Assembly (NCBI GenBank): GCA_046290465.1
Contig: JBKAGP010000001.1
Location: 3,360,001 to 3,424,000, forward strand
From: Planctomycetota bacterium
GTDB taxonomy: Bacteria > Planctomycetota > UBA1135 > UBA2386
Direction of reading: 5' to 3'
Length of the DNA: 64,000 bases
Shown: positions 31,807 to 41,138 of the stretch, piece by piece
Layout of the letters: every line of letters starts with the position of its first letter
How positions within the stretch are numbered: position 1 is the first letter of the stretch
Made by a program: the position numbers and the translations under genes
The notes under the pieces: model-generated
Database searches by the model: none
Seen by the model: only the letters and a program-made list of their open reading frames with translations
What the model was told of the DNA's origin: nothing

Positions 31807-33441
31807 ATGCGCACGTTCTCGATGGCGGCGCTGCTCGCCGGCCTGCTCGGCGCGCAGGACGAGAGGCCCCCGACGGCCGCGATCGACCTGCAGCTGCCGG
31901 TGATCCACGGCTGTGCGAGCGACGACACGGCCGCGCAGACGCAGCTGTTCGCGACCCGCGTCGGCAACGCCGAACGCGCCCTGCGCGAGGCCCTGCGACC
32001 GCTCGCCACCGGCACCGAACGCATCGAGGTCGCGCTGCTGCCGCCCTCCGTCGAGACCCGCCGACGGGTCCGCGAACGCTGCGGTGCGTCGCTGCAGCAA
32101 CGCGGCGTGGTGTCGGCGACGAGCCGCAGCCTGGTGCTCGTCAGCGATCGCAAGCAGAGCCGCGACGACCAGCTGCACCGCGCGGTCGTGCACGTGGCGA
32201 CGCTGCTGCGGTTCCGCGACGCGCTCGCCGACGAGGCCCGGCGATCGCTCGGCTACGGCTGGCTCTCGACCGGCCTCGCCCACCGCGCCGAAGTGCTGGC
32301 GAACGGCAGCTTCGACACGTTCGTCGTGCGCGGCGTCGTGCAGCGGCCGGTCGAGACCTGGGGCGGCGACCCGTGGCGCGCCGCCGGCGAACTGCTGCGC
32401 CGCGGCCAGCTGCCGCCGCTCCCCGACCTGCTGCGCACCGAGTCGGACGACTTCGACCTCGGCCAGCACGTGCTCGCGTTCGCGCTGGTCGACCACCTGA
32501 TCACGAGCCAGGCGGCGACGACCCACGGCGACGCGGCGCGCCCGACGCTGCTGGCCGAACTGCTCGCGACCGCCTCGCGCGGCCTAGACAGCAGCCGCGC
32601 GCTGAAGGGCGTGCTGGCGATCGACCTCGCCACGCTCGAACGGCGCGTGCACGACCACGTGCGCCAGCGCGCCGGCCGGCTCGGCCCCGACCGCGACGAC
32701 GCGCTGCCGCAGCACGCCGTGCACCGGCACGCCGCCGTCTACGTCTACGCGAACGGTCCGGTTCGGCCGCGCCATCGCAAGGTGGTCGAGAAGGCCCTTT
32801 TGCAGCGGCACGCGGCGCACACCAGCGGCTGGCAGAAGGTCGACGGCAAGCCGCGGATTGCGATCGGACCGGTCAACCGTTCGGCGGGCTTCTGGCACCA
32901 GGACGAGATCGTCAAGAACATCCCGCGCACCTGGCCGATGGTCGCCGTGCTCGAATACGCGACCGACGGCAAGCCGGCGGCCCAGCTCGACTGCTTCCGG
33001 CGCGTTCGCGGCCGCCGCGGCGACGACGGCTGGATGCTCGACCCGACGGTCGGCTTCGTCGCCCACCACAACGCGCAGCTGGTCACCGATCGCGACGACG
33101 ACTTTTCGTACCTCGCCGTGCCCGACACGCCGACCGGCAGCCACGTCGGCGGCAGCGAGTTCGTGCACCGCGGCCGCGTGCGCTGGGCCGACGGCCAGCG
33201 CGCCAGCGTCGGCGTCTGGACGCTGCTCGAAGCGCCTCGCTCGCGGACCACGGCCAGGTGGCACGCGGTGCAGACCGCGCTGGTCGACTGGCGGATCGCC
33301 GAGCAGAGCCGTTCGCTCGGCGTGCGCGCCGTGCGCGCCGTCGCCGACCTCGATCGCGAACTGTCGCCGTGGGGAACCGAGCGCGTATTCCGCTTCCCGG
33401 AGATCCCGCCCGGCCTGTTCGTCGCGCGCGGCACCCGGTAG
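31807..33441 (+). CDS. Secreted hypothetical protein
   Basis: Long ORF with signal peptide MRTFSMAALLAGLLGAQ and typical codon bias. Confidence 0.6.
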   Translation: MRTFSMAALLAGLLGAQDERPPTAAIDLQLPVIHGCASDDTAAQTQLFATRVGNAERALREALRPLATGTERIEVALLPPSVETRRRVRERCGASLQQRGVVSATSRSLVLVSDRKQSRDDQLHRAVVHVATLLRFRDALADEARRSLGYGWLSTGLAHRAEVLANGSFDTFVVRGVVQRPVETWGGDPWRAAGELLRRGQLPPLPDLLRTESDDFDLGQHVLAFALVDHLITSQAATTHGDAARPTLLAELLATASRGLDSSRALKGVLAIDLATLERRVHDHVRQRAGRLGPDRDDALPQHAVHRHAAVYVYANGPVRPRHRKVVEKALLQRHAAHTSGWQKVDGKPRIAIGPVNRSAGFWHQDEIVKNIPRTWPMVAVLEYATDGKPAAQLDCFRRVRGRRGDDGWMLDPTVGFVAHHNAQLVTDRDDDFSYLAVPDTPTGSHVGGSEFVHRGRVRWADGQRASVGVWTLLEAPRSRTTARWHAVQTALVDWRIAEQSRSLGVRAVRAVADLDRELSPWGTERVFRFPEIPPGLFVARGTR

Positions 33442-33491
33442 CACGGCCCGCGACTGGCACGGCCCGTCGGCCGTGCGTAACGTGCCCGACG

Positions 33492-34721
33492 ATGCCCATG
33501 ACCCGCTGGATGCTGCTGGTCGCGCTCGCCGCGCTGACGCCGTCGTGCGTGCTGTTCCGCTACGGCGACGACATCGCCCGACTCGAGGCGATCGGCTCGG
33601 TGTCCGGCGAGGTCCGCGGCGCCGACGGCCCGATCGTCGTCGCGCTCTACCGCACCCTGGACGGCGAGGACTTCCGCGCCGGCACCCTGTGGGTGCGCGA
33701 GGGCCCCGGTCCGTTTGCGTTCCCGGCCGCGCCGGGCAAGGCGTACCTGTTCGCGTTCGCCGATGCCAACCGCGACATGACCTACCAGCCGACCGAGCGG
33801 TTCGGCTGGTACGGCGACCCGACGCTGCTCGACCTCGGCGAGGGCGAGCGGGCCACCGACCTCGACATCGAACTGCTGGACGCGGTCGACGCCGAAGAAC
33901 GCTACCCGTGGATCCTCGAGAGCCCGACCACGTTCGAACCGATCGATCCGCAGGCCACCCACATCGGCGAGGTCGTCACGATGGACGATCCGCGCTTCGC
34001 GCCGGCCGTCGGGCACGACGGCATGTGGGAGCCGTACCGCTTCCTCGAGGACGGCCGCGAGGGACTGTTCTTCCTCGAGCCGTACGCGAAGCACAAGATC
34101 CCGGTGCTGCTGATCCACGGCATCCGCAGCGCCGGCGGCGACTGGCGCGAGGTCGTCGCGCGGCTCGATCGAACGCGCTACCAACCGTGGATCCTGCAGT
34201 ATCCGTCGGGGTTCGACCTTGCGACGGTCGGCCTCTACGTGCACCAGGCGCTGCTGCAGCTGCACGTACAGCACGGCTTCGAACGGCTGTGCATCGTCGC
34301 GCACAGCATGGGTGGCCTCGTCGGCCGCAACGTCGTGTCGCGCTGCATCGAGTCCGGCGACGTCCCGGTCGACACGTTCATCACGGTGTCGACGCCGTGG
34401 GGCGGCCACTGGGGCGCCAGCGTCGGCGTCGCGATCGCCCCGACTGTCGTGCCGGTCTGGCGCGACATGGTGCCGGACAGCCCGTTCTTGCAGAGCCTCT
34501 GGCAGCGACCGCTGCCCGACGACGTGCACTTCTCGATGCTGTTCAGCTTCCGCGGCAGCAGCGACGACGGCGTGATCTCGTTCGAGAGCCAGCTACCTCT
34601 GCACGTGCAGCAACGCGCGCGCAACGTCATCGGCCTGCACGAAGACCACCACAGCATCCTCAAAAGCGAGGACCTGGTCCGCCTCCTGCACGCCTGGCTC
34701 GCAAGGCCAACCACCCCCTGA
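33492..34721 (+). CDS. Lipoprotein alpha/beta hydrolase (lipase-like)
   Basis: LTPSC lipobox, PVLLIHGI, AHSMGGLV, STPWGG, DDGVI, HHSIL. Confidence 0.85.
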   Translation: MPMTRWMLLVALAALTPSCVLFRYGDDIARLEAIGSVSGEVRGADGPIVVALYRTLDGEDFRAGTLWVREGPGPFAFPAAPGKAYLFAFADANRDMTYQPTERFGWYGDPTLLDLGEGERATDLDIELLDAVDAEERYPWILESPTTFEPIDPQATHIGEVVTMDDPRFAPAVGHDGMWEPYRFLEDGREGLFFLEPYAKHKIPVLLIHGIRSAGGDWREVVARLDRTRYQPWILQYPSGFDLATVGLYVHQALLQLHVQHGFERLCIVAHSMGGLVGRNVVSRCIESGDVPVDTFITVSTPWGGHWGASVGVAIAPTVVPVWRDMVPDSPFLQSLWQRPLPDDVHFSMLFSFRGSSDDGVISFESQLPLHVQQRARNVIGLHEDHHSILKSEDLVRLLHAWLARPTTP

Positions 34722-34733
34722 CCCCACCCCAAA

Positions 34734-34756
34734 CACCGCATACCGAACCGGGTTCA
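34734..34756. repeat. Solo half-copy of the 16829 palindrome arm
   Basis: CACCGCATACCGAACCGGGTTCA versus CACCGCATACCGAACCTGGTTCA at 16831. Confidence 0.7.
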
Positions 34757-34847
34757 GGTTGCAGTGCGGGATCGCACACGACGATCCACGACGGCTGCAC
34801 CGACCCAAGGCTCTCGCGACCGACGGCCGCAACGCCGACGGGCACAC

Positions 34848-36386
34848 CTACCCCCGACCGTCGCGCCGCTGCCGCTTGTGCTGCTGCAGCAGCTGCTTCG
34901 CCTCGTCCTGGTAGAGGCCGTCCGGATCGATCCCCAGCGCGCACAGTTCCTGCGCCAGCTTCGGCGTGCACAGCCCGACAGCTTTGCGCTCGCGCAGCAC
35001 GTCGCGCAGCGCCTCCGCCTGCCGACTCGAGAACTGCTCGGCGCGCTCCGGCGGCACCCCGGCCTTCTCCAGATACTTGCGTTGCGTGCCGCTGGCGCGC
35101 GCGCCGCCGCGCGAACGCCGCACGTAGAAGTCGAGGTCGATGCCGACCGCGCGGAACGGATCCCGCTGCCGCAGCTGGTAGCTGACCGACGCCTCGAACG
35201 CCTCCTGCTCCTGCTGCGCCAGCTCGAGCGCCCGTTCGAGCGCGATCGCCTGCCCCTCCTCGCTGGTCTCCTTGGCGATGCGCCGCGCGCGTTCCTGCAC
35301 GTCCGGGTCCGCAGACGCGAAGATGTCGACCGCCTGCGCCAGCGAGTGACGGCAGTTGCCCGGCACGAAGTCGAGCACCAGCAGATCCTGCTTGCCCTCG
35401 GACAGCCGCGTGCCGCGGCCGACCATCTGCGCATAGAACGAACGCGACAACACCGGTCGCGCGATCGCGACCAGCGCGATCTGCGGCACGTCGAAGCCCT
35501 CGGTGAACAGCGAGCAGTTGACCAGCACCTGGATCTCGCCGCGACGGAAGCGGTCGAGCACCGGCGCCCGCACGTCCCACGGGCTGCTGCCGTCGAGCGC
35601 CGCCGCGAAGTCGGGATCCCCCGCCTCCTCGTTGAACACGCGGCACAGCGAGTGCGCGTGCGCGACCGACGCCGCGAACACGATCGTCGGCCGGCCGTCG
35701 CGTTCGCGCAGGATCGGCTGCACGATCTCGGCGAGGTGCAGTTCGCGCGTCAGGATGTCCTCGACGTCGCGCGTCGCCAGCTCGCCGGCGATCTTGCGCA
35801 CGCCCGAGAAGTCCGCCTGCGTCTGCACCAGGAACGAGCGGATCGGGCACAGCCAACCGTCCTGGATCGCGCGCCGCACGTCGTACTCGAACGCGACCGT
35901 CGCGAACACCTCGCCCAGCGGCACGCGGTCGCTGCGGTCCGGCGTCGCGGTCACCCCGAGCAGCCACGCGTCGAAGTGGTCGAGCACCTTGCGGTAGGAG
36001 TCCGACGTCGCATGGTGCGCCTCGTCGACGACGACGATCTTGAACGCGTCGCGCGGGATGTGCCGCAACCGCCCGCTCAGCGTCTGGATGCTGGCGACGG
36101 CGATCTTCGGCCGCGTGCCGTCGGGCCTGGTGAAGCCGCGCTGCTCCGCCATCTCGACCGCGACCACGTCGTCGCACCAGTTGGCGATCTTCTCGCGCGC
36201 CTGCTCGACGAGTTCCTGCCGGTGCGCGAGCACCAGCACCGGCCCCTTGGCCAGCCGCGAGATCTCGGCGAACAGCACCGTCTTGCCGGTGCCGGTCGGC
36301 ATCACCACCAACGCGGACCGGTGGCCCTGCCGGTAGGCCTCTCGAACGGCACGCAGCGCCGCGTCCTGGTAGGGCCGCAGGCTCAT
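34848..36386 (-). CDS. Superfamily 2 DEAD/DEAH helicase (ResIII/IRC3-like, phage-type C-terminus)
   Basis: LRPYQ, PTGTGKT, DEAHH, TATPDRSD, FTEGFD, QMVGRGTR. Confidence 0.92.
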   Translation of the reverse strand: MSLRPYQDAALRAVREAYRQGHRSALVVMPTGTGKTVLFAEISRLAKGPVLVLAHRQELVEQAREKIANWCDDVVAVEMAEQRGFTRPDGTRPKIAVASIQTLSGRLRHIPRDAFKIVVVDEAHHATSDSYRKVLDHFDAWLLGVTATPDRSDRVPLGEVFATVAFEYDVRRAIQDGWLCPIRSFLVQTQADFSGVRKIAGELATRDVEDILTRELHLAEIVQPILRERDGRPTIVFAASVAHAHSLCRVFNEEAGDPDFAAALDGSSPWDVRAPVLDRFRRGEIQVLVNCSLFTEGFDVPQIALVAIARPVLSRSFYAQMVGRGTRLSEGKQDLLVLDFVPGNCRHSLAQAVDIFASADPDVQERARRIAKETSEEGQAIALERALELAQQEQEAFEASVSYQLRQRDPFRAVGIDLDFYVRRSRGGARASGTQRKYLEKAGVPPERAEQFSSRQAEALRDVLRERKAVGLCTPKLAQELCALGIDPDGLYQDEAKQLLQQHKRQRRDGRG

Positions 36387-36431
36387 CGACGTGGCGGATC
36401 ACTCGGCGGTTGGTGCATGCGACGGCCCATC

Positions 36432-36463
36432 TGGACTGGCCCAGTTGGACTGGCCCAGCTGGA
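36432..36463. repeat. 14-bp direct repeat (TGGACTGGCCCAGY x2)
   Basis: Seen directly, upstream of the helicase. Confidence 0.65.
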
Positions 36464-36506
36464 GTTGTCATGTGTAGTGGGCACGGACCACCGCCGAAAG
36501 CGCCGC

Positions 36507-36902
36507 TCAGTTCCGCGAGAACACCACCTCGGCCGCGACCGCCGTCCAGACGACCTCGCCGGTGACGTGCCGCCAGACCGCCAGCTGCAGCGACGCGCCG
36601 GGCGTTCGGTGCATCAGCACGAGCCGATCGCCGGAGCCGTCGTCGCCGATCGCCACCGCGGCCTCGGGGAAGCCGCCGAGCAGGCGCGCTTGCTCCGTCT
36701 GCCGACAGACGTGGTCCCAGGTCGGGCCGATGCGCCGCGGGTCGCTGTCGTCGGCGACCGGATGCAGGTCCCACCAGCCGTCGTCGACCTCGACCTCACC
36801 GCCGTTGCTGTGGCGCAGCCACGCGCGGTAGCACGGCGGGAACGCCACGCCGAGCTGTCGTTCGGTGGCGGCGATGTAGGGCTCGGCAACGGGTTCGAAC
36901 AC
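36507..36902 (-). CDS. SMI1/KNR4 (SUKH) family protein
   Basis: IAATERQLGVAFPPCYRAWLRHSNGG...AVAIGDDGSGDRL. Confidence 0.85.
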   Translation of the reverse strand: MFEPVAEPYIAATERQLGVAFPPCYRAWLRHSNGGEVEVDDGWWDLHPVADDSDPRRIGPTWDHVCRQTEQARLLGGFPEAAVAIGDDGSGDRLVLMHRTPGASLQLAVWRHVTGEVVWTAVAAEVVFSRN

Positions 36903-36952
36903 GGCCGCGGTTCGCGTGCGCGCCCGGTCGGGATGCGCCGCGTGCCACCGGG

Positions 36953-37387
36953 TTACCGGATGTCGCCCTTGTCGAGCAAGCCGTACTTGACCCAACCGCG
37001 CCCTTCGTCGGACAGCTTCCAGCGGCGGTCCTGCACTTCGAACAGTCCCTTGTCGCGCTTCTGGTTGAGCGTGTCGGTGATGTTCTTGGGCAGCTCCTCG
37101 CCGGCCTCGGTCAGCGCGTCGACGATGTCGCCGCTGCGCCACTCGCTGCGGCCGCAATGCGTCTCCAGCCAGTAGGCGATCACGCCGGCCTTGTCGGCGT
37201 GGGTCTTGGCCGACGAACGCTGCAGCAGCTCCGAGGGCGTCGGCGCGGCCTCGGCCTCCCCCTGCGCCATCAGCTCCGGCAGCGAGCGACGCAGCGAACG
37301 CAGCACGCCCTCGAGCTGCTCGGTGTCGACCTCGCCGCGGCAGGTCAGCTCGACGGGGCCGATCTTGATCTCGATCTCGCTGGTCAT
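36953..37387 (-). CDS. Hypothetical protein with a probable C-terminal winged helix
   Basis: PKNITDTLNQ...GLF...WKLSDEG wing pattern. Confidence 0.6.
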   Translation of the reverse strand: MTSEIEIKIGPVELTCRGEVDTEQLEGVLRSLRRSLPELMAQGEAEAAPTPSELLQRSSAKTHADKAGVIAYWLETHCGRSEWRSGDIVDALTEAGEELPKNITDTLNQKRDKGLFEVQDRRWKLSDEGRGWVKYGLLDKGDIR

Positions 37388-37433
37388 GGCACTGCCTGAT
37401 CGGCGTTCTCAGCTAGCTGCTTTAGCTCTGGTG

Positions 37434-37754
37434 CTAGAAATCCTCGGCACTGCGCTCGGCCGGTGGCGCCGACGCCGACCGGTCGCGCGGCCGGGCCACC
37501 GGCAGGGTGTCGGGCAGGCCGTCCGGCTGGGCCTCCGGCTCGTCCTCGAGCGCCAACCGCGCTCCCAGCACCTGCAGCGCCTCGACGGCCTGCCGCAGCC
37601 GCGGGTGCACTTCGGGGGCCTCGGTGGCGGTGCGACGCACCAGCGCCCCGAGCTCCCACGCCGCACGCCACGCCTGGGTCCGCAGCGACGCCCGCTTGCA
37701 CCGCTCCAACAGGCTCTCGCCTTTGATCCGATCTGACCGTAGTTCGTTGTCCAT
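37434..37754 (-). CDS. Hypothetical protein
   Basis: GGAAGGGAGA RBS upstream of the ATG; helical ORF co-oriented with downstream genes. Confidence 0.5.
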   Translation of the reverse strand: MDNELRSDRIKGESLLERCKRASLRTQAWRAAWELGALVRRTATEAPEVHPRLRQAVEALQVLGARLALEDEPEAQPDGLPDTLPVARPRDRSASAPPAERSAEDF

Positions 37755-37872
37755 GGTTCGTCTCCCTTCCTGTGCCTGACAGCACCCGTTGCCTGACAGG
37801 GGCACCTTTCGGATCCGGCCGGACTCGAACTGAATAGAAGCTCCTAGAAAAACGAGATCGCGGGCCGGGGGC

Positions 37873-38433
37873 TCACTTCCGTTTGACGAGCATCCTGCTG
37901 GTGCGGGCGCCGATCCGCGCGCCACCGCGGTGCCGCTTGACGTCCGAGATCGTGTAGATCGCGTCGGGGTCCGCCCCCTCGATCAGCCGCAGCAGACGCG
38001 GCAGACGACGACGTTCTTCGACGACCAGCAGCACCTCGACGGGCTTGCCGTCGTCGTCGTGGCCGTTCAGCTCGGTGATCGAAAAGCCCTCGTCACGCAG
38101 CATCGCGGCGAGGTCGACGTCGTGGTTGGACGAGATCATGCGCACCAGCTCCATGCCCATCGCGAGCTTGGTCTCGAGCCAGATGCCGACGTAGTTGCCC
38201 GCGGCGAAACCGCCGGCGTATGCGACCGCGATGTACCACTGCGACAGATCCCGCAGCACCGCGCTGGCGGCCATCAACCAGATCAGGATCTCGACGAACC
38301 CGATCAATGCCGCGCGCACGCGGAACGCGCGGATCACCAGGATCGTGCGGACCGTGCCCAGCGACACGTCGACGACGCGGGCGGCGAACACGACGGCGCT
38401 GAGCAGCACGGGACTGTCGGAGAGGAAGTCCAT
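37873..38433 (-). CDS. DUF2179/UPF0316 membrane protein
   Basis: ARVVDVSLGTVR, GFVEILIW, AYAGGFAAGNYVG, DPDAIYTISDV. Confidence 0.9.
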   Translation of the reverse strand: MDFLSDSPVLLSAVVFAARVVDVSLGTVRTILVIRAFRVRAALIGFVEILIWLMAASAVLRDLSQWYIAVAYAGGFAAGNYVGIWLETKLAMGMELVRMISSNHDVDLAAMLRDEGFSITELNGHDDDGKPVEVLLVVEERRRLPRLLRLIEGADPDAIYTISDVKRHRGGARIGARTSRMLVKRK

Positions 38434-38586
38434 GCGCGCAGGCTCGGCATGGCGGCACCGCAACGCAAGCGTTCGTCCCGTTCGTCGACGACGCACGATT
38501 CCCGGAACGCGCTCGCGACCGCCGCCCCGCCCGCGTCAACTGCACGCGCGCGGCCATCCGAGGCCACCCCACCTGACGATCCGGCC

Positions 38587-39750
38587 ATGCACCTGGACCC
38601 CCTGCTCCCCAAACTGGTCGCCGTGTTGCTCGCCATGCTGGCGATCGCGCTGGTCATGCGCGTGCTGCGGCAGCCACACGTCGTCGCCTACCTGATCGCC
38701 GGCGTGGTGCTTGGCCCCGGCGTGCTCGGGGTCATCGAGGACGCCGACACGATCCACCATCTCGGTTCCGTCGGCCTGGTGTTGCTGATGTTCTTCGTCG
38801 GCATGGAGGTCTCGCCCAAGCAGCTGGCGCAGGGCTGGCGCGTGGCCGTGATCGGCACCGGGGTCCAGATCGCGGCGAGCGTCGGCTGCGCGATGGGCCT
38901 CGGCGCGATGCTGGGCTGGCCGCTGCCGCGCAGCGTCGTGCTCGGCATGGTGATCAGCCTCAGCAGTACCGCCGTCGTGCTCAAGCTGCTCAAGGAATGG
39001 CGCGAACTCGACTCGGACGTCGGCCGCGACGCGCTCGGCATCCTGCTGGTCCAGGACCTCGCGGTGATCCCGATGCTTGCGATGATCGGATTCCTCGGCG
39101 ACGCGCACGAAGGCGAAGGCATGTGGCTGCAGCAGGCCATCGGCGGCGTCGTGCTGGTCGGCATCGCGGTGCTGTCGGTGCGCCGGCCGGCGAGGCTGCC
39201 GCTGGTGTCGTGGCTGCGCGACGACCACGAACTACAGGTGTTCGCCGCCGGCGCGGTCGCGACCGGCCTTGCTCTGCTGAGCGGCCTGGTCGGCCTGTCC
39301 ACCGCGCTCGGCGCGTTCGTCGCCGGCATGCTGGTCGCGTCGGCGCGCGAGACCGAATGGGTGCACCGCAGCCTCGAGCCGTTCCGCGTCGCGTTCGTCG
39401 CGATGTTCTTCCTGTCGGTCGGCATGCTGCTCGACCTGCAGTTCTTGATCGACCACTGGTGGCAGGCGCTGCTGCTGGTCGCCGCCGTGCTGCTGACCAA
39501 CAACCTGATCAACGGCATCACGCTGCGCATGCTCGGCGACCCGTGGCGCGAGTCGCTCTACACCGGCGCGCTGCTGTCGCAGATCGGCGAGTTCAGCTTC
39601 GTGCTGGCGTCGGTCGCCTACCAGGCGCGCATCATCGAGAGCTACGGCTACCTGATGACGATCGCGGTGATCGCGCTGAGCCTGGCGCTGAGCCCGGCCT
39701 GGATCGCCGTGATGCGCAAGCTGACCGGCCAGGGCCACGCGCAGGCGTAG
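38587..39750 (+). CDS. Cation:proton antiporter (CPA2/Kef-type membrane domain)
   Basis: LRQPHVVAYLIAG, SLSSTAVV, LVQDL, LSQIGEFSFV; no KTN domain. Confidence 0.92.
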   Translation: MHLDPLLPKLVAVLLAMLAIALVMRVLRQPHVVAYLIAGVVLGPGVLGVIEDADTIHHLGSVGLVLLMFFVGMEVSPKQLAQGWRVAVIGTGVQIAASVGCAMGLGAMLGWPLPRSVVLGMVISLSSTAVVLKLLKEWRELDSDVGRDALGILLVQDLAVIPMLAMIGFLGDAHEGEGMWLQQAIGGVVLVGIAVLSVRRPARLPLVSWLRDDHELQVFAAGAVATGLALLSGLVGLSTALGAFVAGMLVASARETEWVHRSLEPFRVAFVAMFFLSVGMLLDLQFLIDHWWQALLLVAAVLLTNNLINGITLRMLGDPWRESLYTGALLSQIGEFSFVLASVAYQARIIESYGYLMTIAVIALSLALSPAWIAVMRKLTGQGHAQA

Positions 39751-39757
39751 CCGGCGA

Positions 39758-41011
39758 TCAGAACACGAACGGCGGCAGGTGCCCGTCGCCGCACATCAGG
39801 CTGTCGCGGCGCAGCTCGGGGCCCCGTTCGCGCAGTTCGTCGATCGTGCGCACGCCGACCAGCCGCATCGCGCGGTCGAAGTCCGAGTGCAGGATCTCGA
39901 ACGCGCGACGCAGGCCGACGGGGCCGCCGGCACCGATGCCGGCGGCGGTCACGCGGCCGATGCCGACCGCCTTCAGGCCGTAGGTCAGCGCGACCAGCAC
40001 GTCGGTGCCGTTGCGCACGCCGCCGTCCATCATGAAGTCGAGCTGGGTGTCGCCGACCTTGGGCATCTCCTGCGCCACCGTGTGCAGCACCGGCGGCACG
40101 CGATCCTGCTGGCGACCACCGTGGTTGGACCAGATCACGCCGGTCGCGCCGAGTTCCTCGGCCTTGCGCGCGTCGTGTGCGCAGTGCACGCCCTTGACGA
40201 TCAGCGGGCGATCTTCACCCCACGCCTCCTTGACCCAGCGCAGGTCGTCCCAGGTGACCGCCGAAGCGGCCAGCTGCGTGCCGATGTCCGCGTAGGGCAT
40301 CGGATCGCCGTTGTCGTCGAGCACGTTGACGAAGTGCATCAGGCCGCCGTCGCGGAAGTGGTCGAGCAGCCAGCCCAGGCGCGTGATCATCTGCGGGCCG
40401 AGCGCGAGCTTGCGGCCGGCGAGCTTGATGCGTTCGACCAGGCCGAGGCCGGCGAACGACGCCGCCGCCTGCATCGGCTTCATCCGAGCGTGCAGCGCGC
40501 GCAGGCCGGAGACGCCGGTGTCGATCGTCAGCAGCAGCGCCCGGAAGCCCGCCGCCCGCGCGCGCGCGATGCCGCGCAGCGCCGTCTCGCGGCCGCCGCA
40601 CAGATACAGCTGGAACCAGCAGCCGCCGGTCGACGCCGCGGTGACCTCCTCCATCGGCGTGCCCGACAGCGTCGACAGCGTCATCACGGTGCCGTTCTCG
40701 CCGGCCACCTGCGCGGCCACGGCATCGGCCTTGGGATACAGCGAACGCAGACTGCCGACCGGCGAGATGAACCACGGGACCGCCAGCTGCTGCCCCACCA
40801 CCGTGGTGCGCGTATCGAGTTCGTCGAAGCTCAGCGCGCCGTAGGCCGTCGTCAGCGACTGCTGGAAGGCGCGCACGTTGCCGCGCAGGGTCGTCTCGCA
40901 GTCGGCCCCCCCGCGAAAGTACTCCGACACTACCGGCGGCACCCGCCGCATCATCAACCGCCACAGATCATCCGTGGTGAGGGCATCGGCAATACGAGAG
41001 TCTCGGCTCAT
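39758..41011 (-). CDS. FMN-dependent alpha-hydroxy acid dehydrogenase/oxidase (LldD-like)
   Basis: WFQLY, LIVKG, SNHGGRQ, DGGVRNGTDV. Confidence 0.92.
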   Translation of the reverse strand: MSRDSRIADALTTDDLWRLMMRRVPPVVSEYFRGGADCETTLRGNVRAFQQSLTTAYGALSFDELDTRTTVVGQQLAVPWFISPVGSLRSLYPKADAVAAQVAGENGTVMTLSTLSGTPMEEVTAASTGGCWFQLYLCGGRETALRGIARARAAGFRALLLTIDTGVSGLRALHARMKPMQAAASFAGLGLVERIKLAGRKLALGPQMITRLGWLLDHFRDGGLMHFVNVLDDNGDPMPYADIGTQLAASAVTWDDLRWVKEAWGEDRPLIVKGVHCAHDARKAEELGATGVIWSNHGGRQQDRVPPVLHTVAQEMPKVGDTQLDFMMDGGVRNGTDVLVALTYGLKAVGIGRVTAAGIGAGGPVGLRRAFEILHSDFDRAMRLVGVRTIDELRERGPELRRDSLMCGDGHLPPFVF

Positions 41012-41015
41012 CCCA

Positions 41016-41113
41016 CGAAGGTAGCCGTACGGTACGCGGTTCATCCTCCAACTTTCGCCGCGCACAGCGCGGCGAAGTTGGAGGATGAACCGCGTACCGT
41101 ACGGCTACCTTCG
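41016..41113. repeat. ~98-bp hairpin palindrome, related to the 16829 palindrome
   Basis: Arms pair with a 1-nt bulge and a 3-nt loop; shares TACxGxACxxGGTTCATCCT with the 16829 element. Confidence 0.85.
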
Positions 41114-41138
41114 CTGGGGGTGGCGGTAGAGTGGTGGG

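Noticed and set aside
37801..37860. tRNA-like GTTCGAGTCC on the minus strand
   Set aside because: No pairing T-stem, acceptor stem or anticodon arm
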